This document shows, in pieces, positions 12,401-26,794 of a stretch of 64,000 bases of DNA. The first letter of the stretch is position 1. Every line of letters begins with the position of its first letter. This DNA comes from Tenrec ecaudatus. Its lineage: Eukaryota. The stretch lies in NCBI RefSeq assembly GCF_050624435.1, contig NC_134541.1, forward strand, positions 125,086,480 through 125,150,479, read 5' to 3'. The position numbers and the translations under genes were made by a program. The notes below the pieces were generated by a model. It was not told the DNA's origin and made no database searches. It saw nothing but the letters and a program-made list of their open reading frames with translations.

Positions 12401-14848
12401 GAGGAGACCTCCAAGCAGCGCTGAAGCATCCACCTGCTTGTTCCTGGAGGTGGTGAGAGGCGTTAGGAGGGGGCAGAACCGTTGAGCAGGACGGAGCCAG
12501 GACTGGTTGGCCTTGCGCCTTCCCAGCCTCTCGAGATAAGAGGAGAGGTTAAAGTGAACAACAGAGCCTTCTCAGGGAAACACGGCCTAAAGATAGCATT
12601 GAAGTTACTGCAGACTCCTTTTATGACCTTGGGGGGCGGGGGGGGCGTGTGTGTGCCACAGTGTAATTCCACACAGTGCCAGGACTTCACAGTGTTGACA
12701 CTGTGTCTGGGTAGAAGTTGTACAATACTGCTTGGCACGATTGAACTGTGGCGGGATGTAGGCATTAACTCCCAGTGAAACAAGCAAACAAGTGCTCCTC
12801 CGCAGTAACCCCAGAAAGACGCGGACTTGTCTCAGGTGGACGGGTGTGACTTGGGTGGAAGGAAGTGAAACCCCGAAAGATTCCTGGGCAGCACCTGTGC
12901 CCCTTTGGAGAGGTTGCACAACGAGGGGAGAGGGCTTTTGCGCAGGCAGGAAGCAGGCTGAGAAAAGGGGGGGCCAGCCACCACCCTCCAGTGCAGAGAG
13001 CACCGAGGAATCACTCCGGGAGAAGGGTAGGAACGGAGGAACGAAGTCACACAGCGGCTACGACATGCCTCCTGCTTCCCCGTCTCCCACGAGACCGATT
13101 GTGGTGACCAGAGGCCTTTCTCATCACTGTGCCCTGGGGGTGCAGAGGTGGAGCACGTCGCTCTTGGGCTCCCAGGTCTTTAGATCCAGAGGAAACATGT
13201 TAAGGGGCCATAGTTTGAGCTGCCCATCCCCACGGGGCTCTGACTTCGATGACAAGCTGATGCCGTCAGGAGATGAGATTTTTGGAGGGTGAGTGTATTT
13301 TGCATGTGGGTCAGCTGGGGCCAGAGTCTGGACACTGGAGCCAGCTTCTGAGTCGGCCCGCCATGCTTCAAATTGCATCCCCGGGGTGATCTCCCCCGTC
13401 ACCGAACAGGCCCGACATCTGTGGCCAGGAGGCTATTGAGGAGATAGATGCTGACGTGCGACTTCTGCACCAGGCCCCTCAAAGACACGGCGGTCTCTGC
13501 CCTGCACCCTTGGCTCATTTGCCCCCGGGAGGCCAGCTGCCAGGCCATGCGGTCACTTACAAAACCCCGTGGAGACGTTCAAAACGACAGGACTCCGATG
13601 CTTCCTGCCAACAGCTGGAGCGTGTGAGCTCTCTCGGAAACAGCCTGCGGATGCAGTCGAGCCTTCGAAGGACCGCAGCCCTGCCTGGTCTCTTGACCGC
13701 ACCTTCCCCGGGGACTCATGCCCAGCTAAGCCGCTGCTCAATTCCTCCCCTACGGCCAACACCATCCACGACTCTGCCCACCGAGTGGCTTCCCTTTTAT
13801 AAACAGAAGGTTCTCAGTGCTCCGCTTAGGAGCTCTCTTCTCTCCGTCAGTTCACTGCTTTCTCTGACGGCTCTAGGGCATCTCTGGAGCCCTGGTGGAG
13901 CGAGCAATGGTCACGCTGTGGGCTGCCGGATGCAGGGTCAGTAGTTGGAGACCCGTGGCCGCGCCACAGGAGAAAGACAAGGCGCTCTGTTCCCCTAGAG
14001 AGTGACCATCTTGGAAACCCCCAGGGGCAGCCCTGCCCTGTCCTGTGGGGTCGCTGTGAGGCAGCATGGACTTGAGGGTGTGGGGGTTGGGGGCAGTGTG
14101 TCTCAACATCTGGTAAGGACAGCCTCTCCTGTCTGTCCCTCCTTTTAGAAATAGGCTTTTCCTCTGTCCTGCTAATTTTAGCGAACGCTTTCTGCAGCTC
14201 TCACAATAAACACCTTCTGGCATCACCCATGTGGTCTTCGGGTTGGAAGAGGTGGAAAGGCTTGGACCTGAAAGTTCTGGAAGAGAAAGAAGCAAAGCCC
14301 CGTGTCCGGTCCTGTTTCTGTCTCCAGCCTTGCCTCCCCCCCACCCCGTTCCCCACCACCACCACAGTCATTCACTCACCAGATACTTAGGGGGGCTCCG
14401 CTGTGGACGGTGCACTTACTCCGCGGGCTGGAAGAAACCAACCATCAACAGAGATACCTCTCAGACGAGGAGCGTGTGAAGAAGAACGTGACCCGGAGAT
14501 GTGAAAGGCAGGAGGCCGAGGCGGCCGCTTCAGCCAGGGCTCTTAGGAGGAGCAGTGGCCAAGCTGTGACCCCAGAGGAGCTGCCCGGGGAGAGGACTGG
14601 GAGAGGGCAGGGGGCCCAGTGGGGTTGTGAAGAGGTGGGGCTGAAGTCCCAGTGAGTCAGGTGGGGTGGGCTTAGGAGTCATGGTCAGAGAGCTCCACAG
14701 GCCTTGGATCCTGCAGCGTCCACCGCGGCCCTGGAAGGAGTTTGGGTGTGGTTTTCTCTCCCACGTCCAGCAGGCCAGTTTTGGAGGCTCTGAAGAGGGG
14801 AGCAGCCTTTGGTTCTGCTGTTAACCACTTTATGCCTTCCTTCCCCAG

Positions 14849-14938
14849 CAAAAAAGGGAGACCCTGTCCCCGCTGTGCCTCATCCCCACGGTGACCTCTC
14901 CCCGGGAGGAGCAGCAGCTCCTGGCCAGCACCTCAAAG
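14849..14938 (+). CDS. KCTD13: KCTD13 coding exon 3
   Basis: The acceptor ttccccag| precedes 14849. The exon encodes QKRETLSPLCLIPTVTSPREEQQLLASTSK. The donor is aag|gtgagc after 14938. The preceding intron is about 10.8 kb. Confidence 0.9.
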
Positions 14939-15017
14939 GTGAGCCCTGCAGGCTGGAGGCTGGGGCCGCCCTGGGCAGTCTGACCCTCCGTCTTGCTCCA
15001 TCCTTCCTCTCCCACAG

Positions 15018-15070
15018 CCCGTGGTGAAGCTCCTGCACAACCGCAGCAACAACAAGTACTCCTACACCAG
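15018..15070 (+). CDS. KCTD13: KCTD13 coding exon 4
   Basis: The acceptor cccacag| precedes 15018. The exon encodes PVVKLLHNRSNNKYSYT(S). The donor is ccag|gtgacg after 15070, in phase 2. Confidence 0.9.
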
Positions 15071-16186
15071 GTGACGGCCGGGGGGATTGGGAGTGGGTGG
15101 GTGGCAGGCCGGAGTCCTGGGCTTGGGGTCGAGGAGGAGGGCCCACCCACCCGCCTGCCTGCCTGCCTGGGCCAAGTCTAGGAAGGCCACTTTCCCACTG
15201 GGTCCTTGGGTCAGGCCATTCTCACTCTGCCGGAACAGGGGACTGCTGTTTGTCATAGGCTACCTGGAGCCAGGTGAGGGTAAAGTGACAGGTGGCTAGC
15301 ATTTCGTAAGCCCTTATTTCACAGCAGGCCTTGCACCAAGCACCCTGCATCTATAGGTCGCCCCCAATGTACGATGCAATTCCAATGCTACAACTCAACC
15401 AGAAGTAGGAAGTAGGTTCTGGTGACGAAAGTCGACTACCTTTTTTTTAGGGGGGAGGGGTTTTTAATAGTATTTCCTTCTGTTGTCCCTATCTTTATAA
15501 ATCTGATCGGTATTTATTTGTCTTTGGGTTGGGGGGGTGAGAATATTAGCCACAAACGCTCAGCTCCAACAGAGGTGCTCCCTGGTCCCAGACCCCTGCT
15601 GTGAGTGCAGTCTGACTTGAGGTGACTGCTGTGTGGGCGTTCCCAGACCCAGCAGACAGCCTGTCTCCTTAAAGCAACTGCCAGGTTTGACCCGCACACC
15701 TCCTTTTCGGCAGCATAACCTCTACCCCTCTTGGCCACCAGGGCTCCCTGTTCACACGTCACGTAAGCCAGACAGGACACAGGCCGTCACCACCCCTCTT
15801 GAGTTGGGGACTGTGTATTGCACGGCTTCCGTACGGCCGTGCGAGGCAGTCTGTGCTGTGTGTCCTCTGTGCAGACGAGGAGGTAGAGAGGTGAAGCAGC
15901 TTAGCTCCGGGCACTGAGTTCCACGGTGGCTGTGTGAGCTGGCAGGCCAACAAGCCTGCTCCCGAACCCGCCTGCCTGGCCACCTTGCCCGGCTGAGATC
16001 TGCCCGGCAAAGGCTGCTTCCCCTCCGAGGCCAGCTTAGCCTGGCTCTAGAGGTGGAGGAAGCCCCCTACCCCTGGACAGGACCTGAGCGCAGGGGGTCT
16101 GGGACCCTGTCCTGCTGGGGAGGGAGTTGGGGCAGGGTTGTGGGGGAGCCAGTTGTGCTGAGGCCCCCTGGCCCCGTGCTCCTCAG

Positions 16187-16382
16187 CACCTCGGATGATA
16201 ACCTGCTGAAGAACATCGAACTGTTTGACAAGCTGGCCCTGCGCTTCCACGGGCGGCTGCTCTTCCTTAAAGACGTCCTGGGGGACGAGATCTGCTGCTG
16301 GTCCTTCTACGGGCAGGGCCGCAAGATCGCCGAGGTGTGCTGCACCTCCATCGTCTACGCCACGGAGAAGAAGCAGACCAAG
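16187..16382 (+). CDS. KCTD13: KCTD13 coding exon 5
   Basis: The acceptor cctcag| precedes 16187. The exon encodes (S)[65 protein letters not shown]. The donor is aag|gtcagg after 16382. Confidence 0.9.
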
Positions 16383-17279
16383 GTCAGGAGGGCCTCGGGT
16401 CTGGGCGGGAAGGAAGTGCGGGCTGCAGCAGGACCCTGGGTGAAGGCAGCGCAGCAGCTTGCGCCAGAGCAAGTCCACTCGTGAGCGTCAGGACTGTGGG
16501 GCTGTGGACCCTTGGACAGGCCACCCTCACCTCCATGGCTCTCCGCTTCTCTGCTGTGGCCTGGGGCTGTTGGAGTCTGGTGGACTCTTGATGTAGGACC
16601 CTCTGGCTGGGTTCAAGGCTGCCTGCAGTCCCCTGCCGTGGCACGCCGGTTTGAAAGTGTGTGTGTTTCTCTGTGTAGTCGGATCTCAGAAAGGTCCCCG
16701 CCCAACAGCCCAGTGAGGTCTCCTCTGCTCAGGACCACAGGGGTCCTTAGAACAAGCTCTGGGCCTGCAGTGCGGAGCCGCCACCGGGGCGCCTGTCAGC
16801 ACCTGCTCTCTGCACAACACTGCGCCCAGCCAGGTCCCAACAAAGGTGGCCCAAGTGCGGAGTCACGTGTGAGCCCCTTGTCCCCAGTTCCAGCAGAGGG
16901 CACCGGTCTGGTCCCTTCGGACCTTGGTTAGACAGGCCAGCGTTCCTGCAGGTATCAGCAGCCGGGGTCCCCCTCCCTCAGCCGGAGCAGCCCACACGCC
17001 CCTCCTCTCGAAGTCCCTTTTCCTTCTCTCTATCTGCCACCTGGAGTTGGGTTTTAATCCCTAAGTCACACTTTCTGTGAGACCCCTCCCTCACTCACGA
17101 GCTTTTTCACCCAAGACCCCAGACAACGTTTGGCTCAATGCAGTGTCCAGCGTAGCCTGGGCTCTTGCTCCAGCAGCAGGGTGAAGCTCGTTGTGGGCAG
17201 GGCTGTGTCTTTTTCTGTTCGGAATCTTCCTAGTGGTCAGCAGTTTACAGAGGATGCTTTCTCCTCCCATAAAGAGTTA

Positions 17280-17362
17280 CCGTCTCAGAAACTCACAGGG
17301 GCAGTTCTGCCCTGTCCTGGAGGGTCACCATGAGTCGGCATCGACTCCATGGCAGTGAGGTT
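17280..17362 (+). mobile_element. AfroSINE 3' fragment
   Basis: It reads tctcagaaactcacaggggcagttctgccctgtcctggagggtcaccatgagtcggcatcgactccatggcagtgaggttg. Confidence 0.6.
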
Positions 17363-18387
17363 GTCCTCTCCTTACTACTAGCGGGCCCCTAGGAAGCATT
17401 TCTCAGATGTGTCTGAAAAAGTAAGCAACTGGGCTGTCACGGGGGGCCCAGGCAGCTGAGCCCACAATTCAGATCCGCTGCCCAGGAGCTATACGCAGGA
17501 CACCCCCATCCAAAGCCTCACAGGGAGGAGCCCCTCCCGTCGCCCCTCTGATTCCGTCCCTGCCTGCTCTCCCTCTGCCTGACATGAACTCCACGTCACG
17601 GTGGACGCAGACACACCTGCCCCAGCGCTGCCTCTTCCAGCCGTCCACTTCCTGGCCTCCCCCTCCTCCTCTGTCTTGTTGGGCAGGGGTCCCCGCAGTG
17701 AGGCCTTTCCTGACCTCCCTCTTTAAAGCCGTAACCTTCCAGCCGGGGTCGTCCTCATGCCCTCCCCCGACACATCGTTCACTGTGGCGTCTGTCCTCAC
17801 CGCCTGACGGACGCGCTGGACGTAGTGTGTGTCTATGTGCGTGCTCCCTCCACCGCACACGCTTCCTGAGAGCGGGGGTTTGCTCTGTTTGGCTCACGAC
17901 TATATTTCTGATGCCTGGAACAGTGCCTGGCACAGAATAGCCGCTCCGTAACTCTCTGCCAGGTGAAAGAAGTTACCGAGAAGCTTGGCAGGCAGAGGGT
18001 AACGCAGCCGAGTCCAGAGCTGGGCCTTGACGTGCAGGTGTGACTTTGTGGAGCAGAGAAGTCGTAGAGAGGCCAGGCCAGGGTGGGCAAACCTGAGGTG
18101 GAGAGCCAATCAATCAGTTCCCTTGCAACAATTTAAAAATTATTCAAGAGCCATAAACAAATATATACACAAACAAACAAAGTCACTATTATCTTAATAA
18201 CATCCTTTAATTGAAACTATCAGAATCTATTTTCAGTTTTAGTTCAGAGCCACGTGTATGTACCAAAAGAGCCACGTTTGCCGACCCGGGCGGGGTCCAG
18301 GCCACAGGGCCTGTGCCTGGGGGGTGGGCTGGCTCTGTGCAGCAGGTCCAGAGGGGGGAGGCTCAGGGGCTGACTGGTGTTTTGCAG

Positions 18388-18624
18388 GTGGAATTCCCAG
18401 AGGCCCGGATCTTTGAGGAGACATTGAACATCCTGATCTACGAGACCCCCCGGGGCCCGGACCCCGCCCTCCTGGAGGCCCTCGGGGGCGCCGCGGGAGG
18501 TGGTGGGGCAGGCCGCGGGGAGGATGAGGAGAACCGAGAGCACCGTGTCCGCAGGATCCATGTCCGGCGTCACATCACCCATGACGAGCGTCCTCACGGG
18601 CAGCAAATTGTCTTCAAGGACTGA
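18388..18624 (+). CDS. KCTD13: KCTD13 coding exon 6 (terminal, includes TGA stop 18622-18624)
   Basis: The acceptor tttgcag| precedes 18388. The exon encodes VEFPEARIFEETLNILIYETPRGPDPALLEALGGAAGGGGAGRGEDEENREHRVRRIHVRRHITHDERPHGQQIVFKD*. The six exons sum to 990 nt, giving 329 aa, the same length as human KCTD13. Confidence 0.9.
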   Translation: MEFPEARIFEETLNILIYETPRGPDPALLEALGGAAGGGGAGRGEDEENREHRVRRIHVRRHITHDERPHGQQIVFKD

Positions 18625-19099
18625 CCTCTGCCCCTGCCCCCTGGAGCTCGGCTGCTCCTGTCCCTGTCCCTTTTGCTTCCCGACCTATGCCCCGGCTCTG
18701 CTGGCCAAGTCGCGGGCCATCCTCCCGGCCCTCTGTTGCATGGTGCCCTTTACGTGGGCCCTTTCCATCGGTTCCCGCCCCTCTGCTGATAACACGGTAC
18801 ATCCCAGACCCTCCCCCTCAGGCAGAGCCCTTCCGATGGGAAGGCCTGCGTTCACCCCCTTAGGCTACCCCGTCTTGTCCCGCCAGTGTTCCGCCCCAGC
18901 GGCTGCAGGACGGTTTCCAGCCCCTTGGCTCATTTTCCAGTCCGCTGCCCATGCCATGGGTCAGTCGGGCCCTGAGTAACACCCCCACCCCTTGACCACT
19001 GTCCCTCCATTGCGCAGGGCAGTTTTCTGCAACTCCCCAGCCCCCAGGTTTTTACCACCTCCTTAACTTTGTGCTCCCCCCTCGACTGGTTTCATATTA

Positions 19100-19105
19100 T
19101 TTATT
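19100..19105 (-). terminator. ASPHD1: AATAAA polyadenylation signal of ASPHD1 on minus strand (plus-strand tttatt)
   Basis: Plus-strand tttatt at 19100-19105 is AATAAA on the minus strand, about 350 nt downstream of the ASPHD1 stop at 19455. It faces the KCTD13 signal only 27 bp away. Confidence 0.5.
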
Positions 19106-19131
19106 ATTTTAATTTTCTATTAAATTATTGG

Positions 19132-19137
19132 AATAAA
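19132..19137 (+). terminator. KCTD13: AATAAA polyadenylation signal of KCTD13 (3'UTR 18625 to ~19155)
   Basis: The hexamer gaATAAAgtg lies about 510 nt downstream of the stop. A GT/T-rich region follows. Confidence 0.6.
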
Positions 19138-19454
19138 GTGGAGGTAAGGGTCTTGTGCTGGCTTCCAGGGAAAGGGACAGGAAGATGGCCGGCATTCAAA
19201 GGGGGCCTGGCCAGTGGGATGGGTGGCGACGTGGGCCCAGGCCCTGAGCATCTGTCTCCCTGAGCGGCATCGTAGGGAAGGAAGGAGGGACGCAGACCTC
19301 AGAGAGGAGTGAAAGCCTGTATTGCGTGCTGGCTGGCCACTGCCCGCCCCCACCCTCAGGCCCACCCACCCACCCACGCTGTGACGACCCCTCATGGTGT
19401 CCCTGAAGGTCACATCCCTCCAGCCCAGGTGTCCGGCGGAAACACCCTCAGAGG

Positions 19455-19564
19455 TCAAAGGTCCGGCGCGAAGACAAAGTCGAGGGCCTGGCGTTCCGCC
19501 CCAGCCACGTTGGGGTGCCACAGGTCCACGATGAAGACCACTCGAGGCCCATCTTCAGGAGCTC
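19455..19564 (-). CDS. ASPHD1: ASPHD1 terminal coding exon (includes stop; plus-strand tca 19455-19457)
   Basis: The reverse complement reads acceptor cccctag|ga gct cct gaa gat and encodes (G)[35 protein letters not shown]. This is the conserved C-terminus of the aspartyl beta-hydroxylase fold; compare ASPH ...FRLIFIVDVWHP. Confidence 0.8.
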
Positions 19565-20176
19565 CTAGGGGACAGGAGAGCAGCTGACCCAAGTACGTCC
19601 GTGCCAGGAGCACCGACCAAAGATGCCTAAAGGCCTCCCGATGGTAAACACATGCCGGGCACCCCCCTCACTGCCAGTGAGTTGGCCCTGACGTGTCACT
19701 CACTGGGACTAGAAGCCCGTCCTTCTCCCAAGGAGCCACTGGAGGTTTTGAAGTGCCGACCTTGCGGATAGCAGCCCGATAGATGGCCAAGAGGCCATCA
19801 TCTTAGCCCTTTATATAGATTAGCTCATAGTCTTCCAAATAAATTGGGGAGATACCCTGTAATCATGCCCATCTTATACAAAGCGGCAGACAGGTTACAC
19901 GGTGTGCTCAAGGTCGCCCAGCTGATGGTGCAGAGCATGGACAGGAAGCCCTGTGCCCCAGACCTAGTCCCCGTGCCGTGCCCCTTGGCCAGCTGAAAGC
20001 CTGCGGGCACCTGCTGAGGAAGGGGAGGCCTGGGTCCCCAGGTGACTGAAGCGGTGATGCCACTTGCTCAAGGTCGTGCAGCTGGCAAACTGCCCGGACA
20101 GGAAGCCAGACGGACTTGATCCTGTAGCTCTCCAGCCTAGGGGCCCTGCACTCATCCCGAGGCCCTCCTAGCAGGC

Positions 20177-20193
20177 GGGGGGGGGGGGGGGGG
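20177..20193. repeat. G17 homopolymer (C17 on ASPHD1 sense strand) starting 6 nt into ASPHD1 intron 2
   Basis: The run is gcaggc-g(17)-cttaccgttatg. On the minus strand this reads cataacg|gtaag then C17. Confidence 0.9.
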
Positions 20194-20198
20194 CTTAC

Positions 20199-20312
20199 CG
20201 TTATGCGCCACCGTGTGCAGGAAGGAGTCATCCACCAGTAGACAGTGCCCTTCAGCCCAGCACTGGGGCTCCCCACCAACCACCAGTTCACAGCCAGCAG
20301 GGATCTTCAATC
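20199..20312 (-). CDS. ASPHD1: ASPHD1 coding exon 2
   Basis: On the minus strand the acceptor is cttcacag|, followed by (G)[37 protein letters not shown](G). The donor is aacg|gtaag. The exon is 114 nt with phase 1 at both ends. Confidence 0.8.
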
Positions 20313-21085
20313 CTGTGAAGAGAGACCTGGGCATCCTCTCCAAGGACCTCGGCAAGTTCGTCACTGAGATCCGAGGGCCCGTTAAATGCCAGGCCTCCCA
20401 GTGGGCCAAGTATAATTATAATACAGTAGCGGATGGAAGGCGCGCTGGGAGACCGAGCACGTGCAGAGGAAAGCATGTGCTACCCCTTAAGAGAAAAGGC
20501 ATTTGCATAAGGACGTGGCATCTCCTTTGGGGCTTTCTGAGTCTACAACATGCCAGGCCCTGCGTCCTGAAGAGGTCTCTGGGAGAACTAACCACCCTGC
20601 CCCAAGCGAGCAGGACATGGCCAAGTGCAGTGGGAAAATGAAGCAGCTAACTCCGCCAGTGGGATTAGGAAGGCGTCCCAGAAGAGGCGTGGCCCTGGAA
20701 AGTCCGAGTTGATGGGGGAAAGGCATTCTCAGTTGAGAGTGTAGCATGCGCCTACCCATCTGCCAGCCTCAGTTCGAGGCTTTCATGGTCGGGGAGGTGG
20801 GGAGGACAAACATGGGGGGTGAGAGGGGAGCTGGAGCACCCCAAAGTGGAGTGCATGTGGCGAAGACCTTGGCATTCACAAGCTTCCTTTTCCTTTGACC
20901 CCCCACCACCCCGTCATAGCAGCATCACCAAGAAAACCACAATCACGACTTGAACACGTCACTGACATCGCTGCCCCTTTTAAACGTAGAGACGGGGGAT
21001 GCTGTTAGAATTTTTAAACGTCTTTTTTTTAATTCAAATGCATTTTGAGGAATATTTTCTCTGGAGGGAAGGCGTGCTGACTACC

Positions 21086-21292
21086 GGAGCCCTGGTGGCA
21101 CAGTGGTCTCCTGTTGGACTGCGGTCACAAAGGTCTGCAGTTTGAAACCACCAGCGGCTCCAAAAGAGAAAGGGCTTCTTCCTACTTCAGTAAAGAGTTC
21201 CGTTTCGGGAGCTCACAGGGGTCATGCTATCCTGTCTTTCAGGGTCAAGTTGCTTTGAGTCGACTCATGCATCGACTCAATGGCAGTGAGGG
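21086..21292 (+). mobile_element. AfroSINE (full length) between KCTD13/ASPHD1 3' ends and ASPHD1 exon 1
   Basis: It runs ggagccctggtggcacagtggtctcctgttggactgcggtcacaaaggtctgcagtttgaaaccaccagcggctcc...gtcgactcatgcatcgactcaatggcagtgagg. Confidence 0.8.
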
Positions 21293-21550
21293 GGGATGAG
21301 TGAGCACTGATGGTCAGTTGGACACAGATTCTTTTTAAATAAGTGAGACAAAAGGACTGCTCAGGAGATGCATGGGACAATGGCACTTGGCCGTGGCGGA
21401 GTGCCTGAGATGGTTCACAGGTAACCGAAGCTCACCTGGTGGACCAGAGGGAGTCGGGGAAGATTTGGGCGCAGAGAGGCCTGCTCACAGCCACAGTGTA
21501 AAGAGCCTAGAGTGGGGGACCGTGAAGGCAAGCAGGTAGCAGCTACTTAC

Positions 21551-22415
21551 CCAGGTGGCATCTGACCCTGGCATTGGTGGGCCCGCAGCGACCCTCAAGT
21601 TGGGCCCCAGGCAGGAGGACCGAAAAACCTGCGCTGCCGAAGGTGTTCGCACTCATGAAGCTCCGAAGGCCCCTCAGTGCCCTATAGGCCCCCGGGCACC
21701 GGCGGCAGTTGCTGGGTTGGCACCTCCCTGCTTGGTACAGCAAGAGCTGGTAGCACCCAGGGGCCAGGGCCGGGGACCAGCCCCGAGGCAGAGGGGTAGC
21801 CCCTGAAAAGTCCCCGCTCACAGCCCCGAAGTCCCGCAAGATGGCAGGGAAGCTGCTCTCTAAGAGCTCCACATCATGCCGTTGGGAATCACGTGGCACA
21901 AACGGGACGGAGGGCAGGTCCGGCAGAAAAAGCAGGCCTGGGCGCTGAATGCCTAGGCCCCCTGGCCCTCCCTCTGGGCCTGGCCCACCCTGAGCTGCTC
22001 GCCTCACCCTGCCCATCCCTGCCCAGGAGTAGCGCCTGGCATAGGCTCGTAGGCGACGACTCACTAGGCCTTCCGTTCTGGCTCCCTCCCCTGGGTCTCC
22101 AGTGCTTCCTGGGCTTGGCCTGGCGGCCCCAGAGCACCCCCCAAGCCCGCCACGGAGCCCCCCAGCCCGGCTCCTAGCCCCCAGGGCCTGCATCTCTTGG
22201 GAGCCCAGGCGGTAGCAGTACCAGAGGAAGAAAGAAGTGAGGGCTCCCAGGAGCAGGGTAAGGGCCGAGGAGGCCAGGGGCAGCGGCCACAGGGGCGCCA
22301 TGGGCAGGGAGGCCTTGGCCAAGAGGCCTGGGGCCTCCCCCAGACCCCGGTTCTCCCCACTTGTCCCCTCCATAGCTGTTCCTGGGCACTCTCCTAGGCT
22401 GTCTCCCTTCCACAT
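21551..22415 (-). CDS. ASPHD1: ASPHD1 coding exon 1 (aspartate beta-hydroxylase domain-containing 1); first in-frame ATG at 22413-22415
   Basis: The minus-strand ORF reads MWKGDSLGECPGTAMEGTSGENRGLGEAPGLLAKASLPMAPLWPLPLASSALTLLLGALTSFFLWYCYRLGSQEMQALGARSRAGG...CPGAYRALRGLRSFMSANTFGSAGFSVLLPGAQLEGRCGPTNARVRCHL(G). The donor is ctgg|gtaagtag at 21550/21551. The ORF track's 'M' at 22421 is actually GTG. An in-frame stop sits upstream at 22482-22484, so the N-terminal extent is uncertain. Confidence 0.75.
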
Positions 22416-22449
22416 TTCCACGTTCCTGCAAGGGGTCCCCTCGTCTCCG

Positions 22450-24460
<2,011 letters not shown>

Positions 24461-24771
24461 TAAGCCCCTACCTGGCAGGGTGGAGAAATGAATGAGGGTA
24501 TGCTTGTAGCTGCATCTTAGGGGTTAAACCCAGGAAGGAGGGCTGGGGGAACTGGGGGTAGGGATGTCTGCGGAGGCAGCAAGAATACCCAGGATACCTG
24601 GGCTGGAGATGGAGGTGCTGGGAGAGACGCCAGGCGCTGCATACGAATGTTCTCGGGCACACGGACAAAGACAGGTGGACAGAGACAGCAATCAGGGACG
24701 AATCTTCTGTCCCCCTACCCATTCTGGTCCCCAGTCAGACTTCAGGGAAAGACACAGAGACTGCGGATAAT

Positions 24772-24883
<112 letters not shown>

Positions 24884-25232
24884 ACACCACACTGAAACCC
24901 AGAGAAAGCCGGGAGGTTGTGAAAGCAAGAGCCAGGAGGTGCTGCCAGTCCGTCCGTCCGCAGAGCCCAGAACGCCATTGAGGTGACAATGAAGGTGGCA
25001 CTGATGATGACCCCTCTCTGTCCCCATCTGGCTGCCCAAGATCCACAGGAGCAGTGGACTTCCTTGAAGGCCCAGCATCCTGAGGGAAGGGGGAGTGTGA
25101 GGGCCGGGATGGGAGGGGCGGCTGGGATCCCCTCCCCCAACCTTGGCTCTCAGCCTTTGGTGGGTCCCTGTGGGTCCCTGCAAACCCAGCTGATTGAATA
25201 AAGAAGAAGGTGCTTTGGAATGAGGTCCCTAA

Positions 25233-25487
<255 letters not shown>

Positions 25488-25804
25488 TGACTGCAGAGTG
25501 TGGGGTGAGAGCCCCTGAAAGGCCATGGCCCTGCAGGGAGGACAGAGACAGCTGGAAAGAGAAGGCGATGGTGAGCGGACACCCAAAGACACCCAGATCC
25601 TGGGATGTGATGGTGAGAGAGAGAGACAGACCCAGAGATGGGTAGAGCCACAAGTCAGGGAGTGAGAGAAATGAAGAGTCTGTACTCTATTGAGAAGGGG
25701 AGGCCTCCCCCCCACCTAGAAGAGAGGGGAAACCTCGGGAGGGGGAGAAACCCAGAGAGTAAGCACCAGGCTGAGTCAAGAGAAGCTCAGAGACAGCTGA
25801 GTGA

Positions 25805-26371
<567 letters not shown>

Positions 26372-26469
26372 TAGGTGGGAGATTGGGCTCCTGGAGCCAG
26401 GTGGAAGGAGGGATGCCAGATGCAGGTGGGAGAGAGACTAACCCTTACTATGTGCCAAAGGAGTGCTGG

Positions 26470-26670
26470 GGGCGGGGCAGCAGTTAAGCACTTGACTTGC
26501 ACTGAAAGGTCAATGGTTCAAGCGCACCCGCCGCTCCTTGAGCTAAAGCGAAGGCAGTCAGCTTCTATAAAAACTATAGCCTTGGAAACCTTCTCAGGCG
26601 GTTCTCCTCTGGCCTACCGGGTCACTGTGAGTCAGTTTCCATTTCAAGACACTAGGTTTGGTTTTGATTA
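26470..26670 (+). mobile_element. AfroSINE
   Basis: It runs ggggcagcagttaagcacttgacttgcactgaaaggtcaatggttcaagcgcacccgccgctcc...ggcctaccgggtcactgtgagtcagtttcc. Confidence 0.65.
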
Positions 26671-26794
26671 CGCCGTCCCAAAAAGTCCCGGGGAGGCAGT
26701 CTTCAAGCCAGGGCTGCTAACCCAGAGGTTAGGACCCACCACCGCCCTGCGGGAGAATCGCCTCCACTGAGATTCAAAACCCAAACCACCCAAC

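Noticed and set aside
16047-16478. A 143-aa minus-strand ORF overlapping KCTD13 exon 5, with similar antisense ORFs over other exons.
   Set aside because: It is antisense to a well-supported coding exon in GC-rich sequence. There is no independent support, and such shadow ORFs are expected.
21086-21160. tRNA-like cloverleaf-forming heads (ggagccctggtggcacagtggt...agtttgaaaccaccagc) here and in about 25 other places, considered as tRNA genes.
   Set aside because: They are the tRNA-derived 5' heads of AfroSINE retroposons. Each is followed by the conserved SINE body and tail, the anticodon arm is degenerate, and the number of copies excludes genuine tRNA genes.
21543-22421. The ORF-track start of the ASPHD1 exon at 22421 ('MEMWKG').
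   Set aside because: Codon 22419-22421 is GTG. The track evidently allows bacterial alternative starts. The true first ATG is at 22413-22415, and the track's end at 21543 is a read-through past the splice donor at 21550/21551.
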